A stretch of 64,000 nt of DNA from Octopus bimaculoides (lineage: Eukaryota). The notes beneath the pieces were generated by a model that saw only the letters and a program-made list of their open reading frames with translations, was not told the origin of the DNA and made no database searches. The first letter of the stretch is position 1; every line of letters begins with the position of its first letter. Both the position numbers and the translations under genes were made by a program. Below are positions 63,746 to 64,000 of the stretch, in pieces. The stretch covers positions 114,704,823 through 114,768,822 of the forward strand of contig NC_068982.1 in assembly GCF_001194135.2 (NCBI RefSeq), written 5' to 3'.

Positions 63746-63882
63746 CAGTTCTATATTTAAGAGATGAGGAATTATGTACATTATTTACAAGTGACGGATA
63801 TTTGTCCTCATCTTGTTTGTTGTTAACACAACGTTTCGGCTGATATACCCTCCAGCCTTCATCAGGTGTCTTGGGAAATTTT
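63746..63882 (-). mobile_element. Solo pLTR / non-autonomous Penelope-like fragment carrying the hammerhead
   Basis: Short segment containing the hammerhead, with no adjacent ORF. It abuts a SINE fragment at 63880. Boundaries approximate. Confidence 0.5.
63825..63870 (-). ncRNA. Minimal type I hammerhead ribozyme, Penelope pLTR type
   Basis: GACAC-CUGAUGA-A-GGCUG-gaggguauau-CAGCC-GAA-ACGU-U-GUGUU. Catalytic core intact, 5-bp stem II, 5-bp stem I (one G-U), palindromic ACGU in place of stem III. Predicted cleavage after GUU (63830/63829). Confidence 0.75.
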
Positions 63883-64000
63883 GCACCAGGCTCCAATCTG
63901 AGCTGGCAATATTTCTACAGCTGGATGTTCTTCCTAACGCCAATCACTAAGAGTGTAGTGGGTGCTTTTTACGTGTCAGTGGCACAGAAGCCAGTCAAGG

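Overview
AT-rich, repeat-dense eukaryotic genomic DNA from a draft assembly with 11 N-gaps, most flanked by microsatellites. The repeat families resemble those of octopus or another coleoid cephalopod (inference from recalled SINE families; no search was run). Almost all ORFs in the supplied track are artefacts of microsatellites, N-runs or decayed transposons. The one host gene I can identify is absent from the ORF track: the two 3' coding exons of selenoprotein F (SELENOF/Sep15) on the minus strand. It has an in-frame UGA in C-G-U (52789-52791), canonical splice sites, a well-formed form-2 SECIS (51553-51619) and a poly(A) signal. Its 5' exons were not found in the resolved sequence. Mobile elements include two Penelope-like GIY-YIG remnants with hammerhead-ribozyme motifs, a separate near-intact minimal hammerhead (63825-63870), a recent Tx1/L1 insertion with a 10-bp TSD, a 3'-truncated RTE LINE, a DD41D Tc1/mariner copy, a mariner built from two left arms, MITEs (one family carrying telomeric TTAGGG and CRE/CCAAT motifs) and at least four SINE families. 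An unexplained 169-bp near-perfect foldback lies between 16-bp direct repeats at 6192-6444. No CRISPR array, rRNA or genuine tRNA gene was found.
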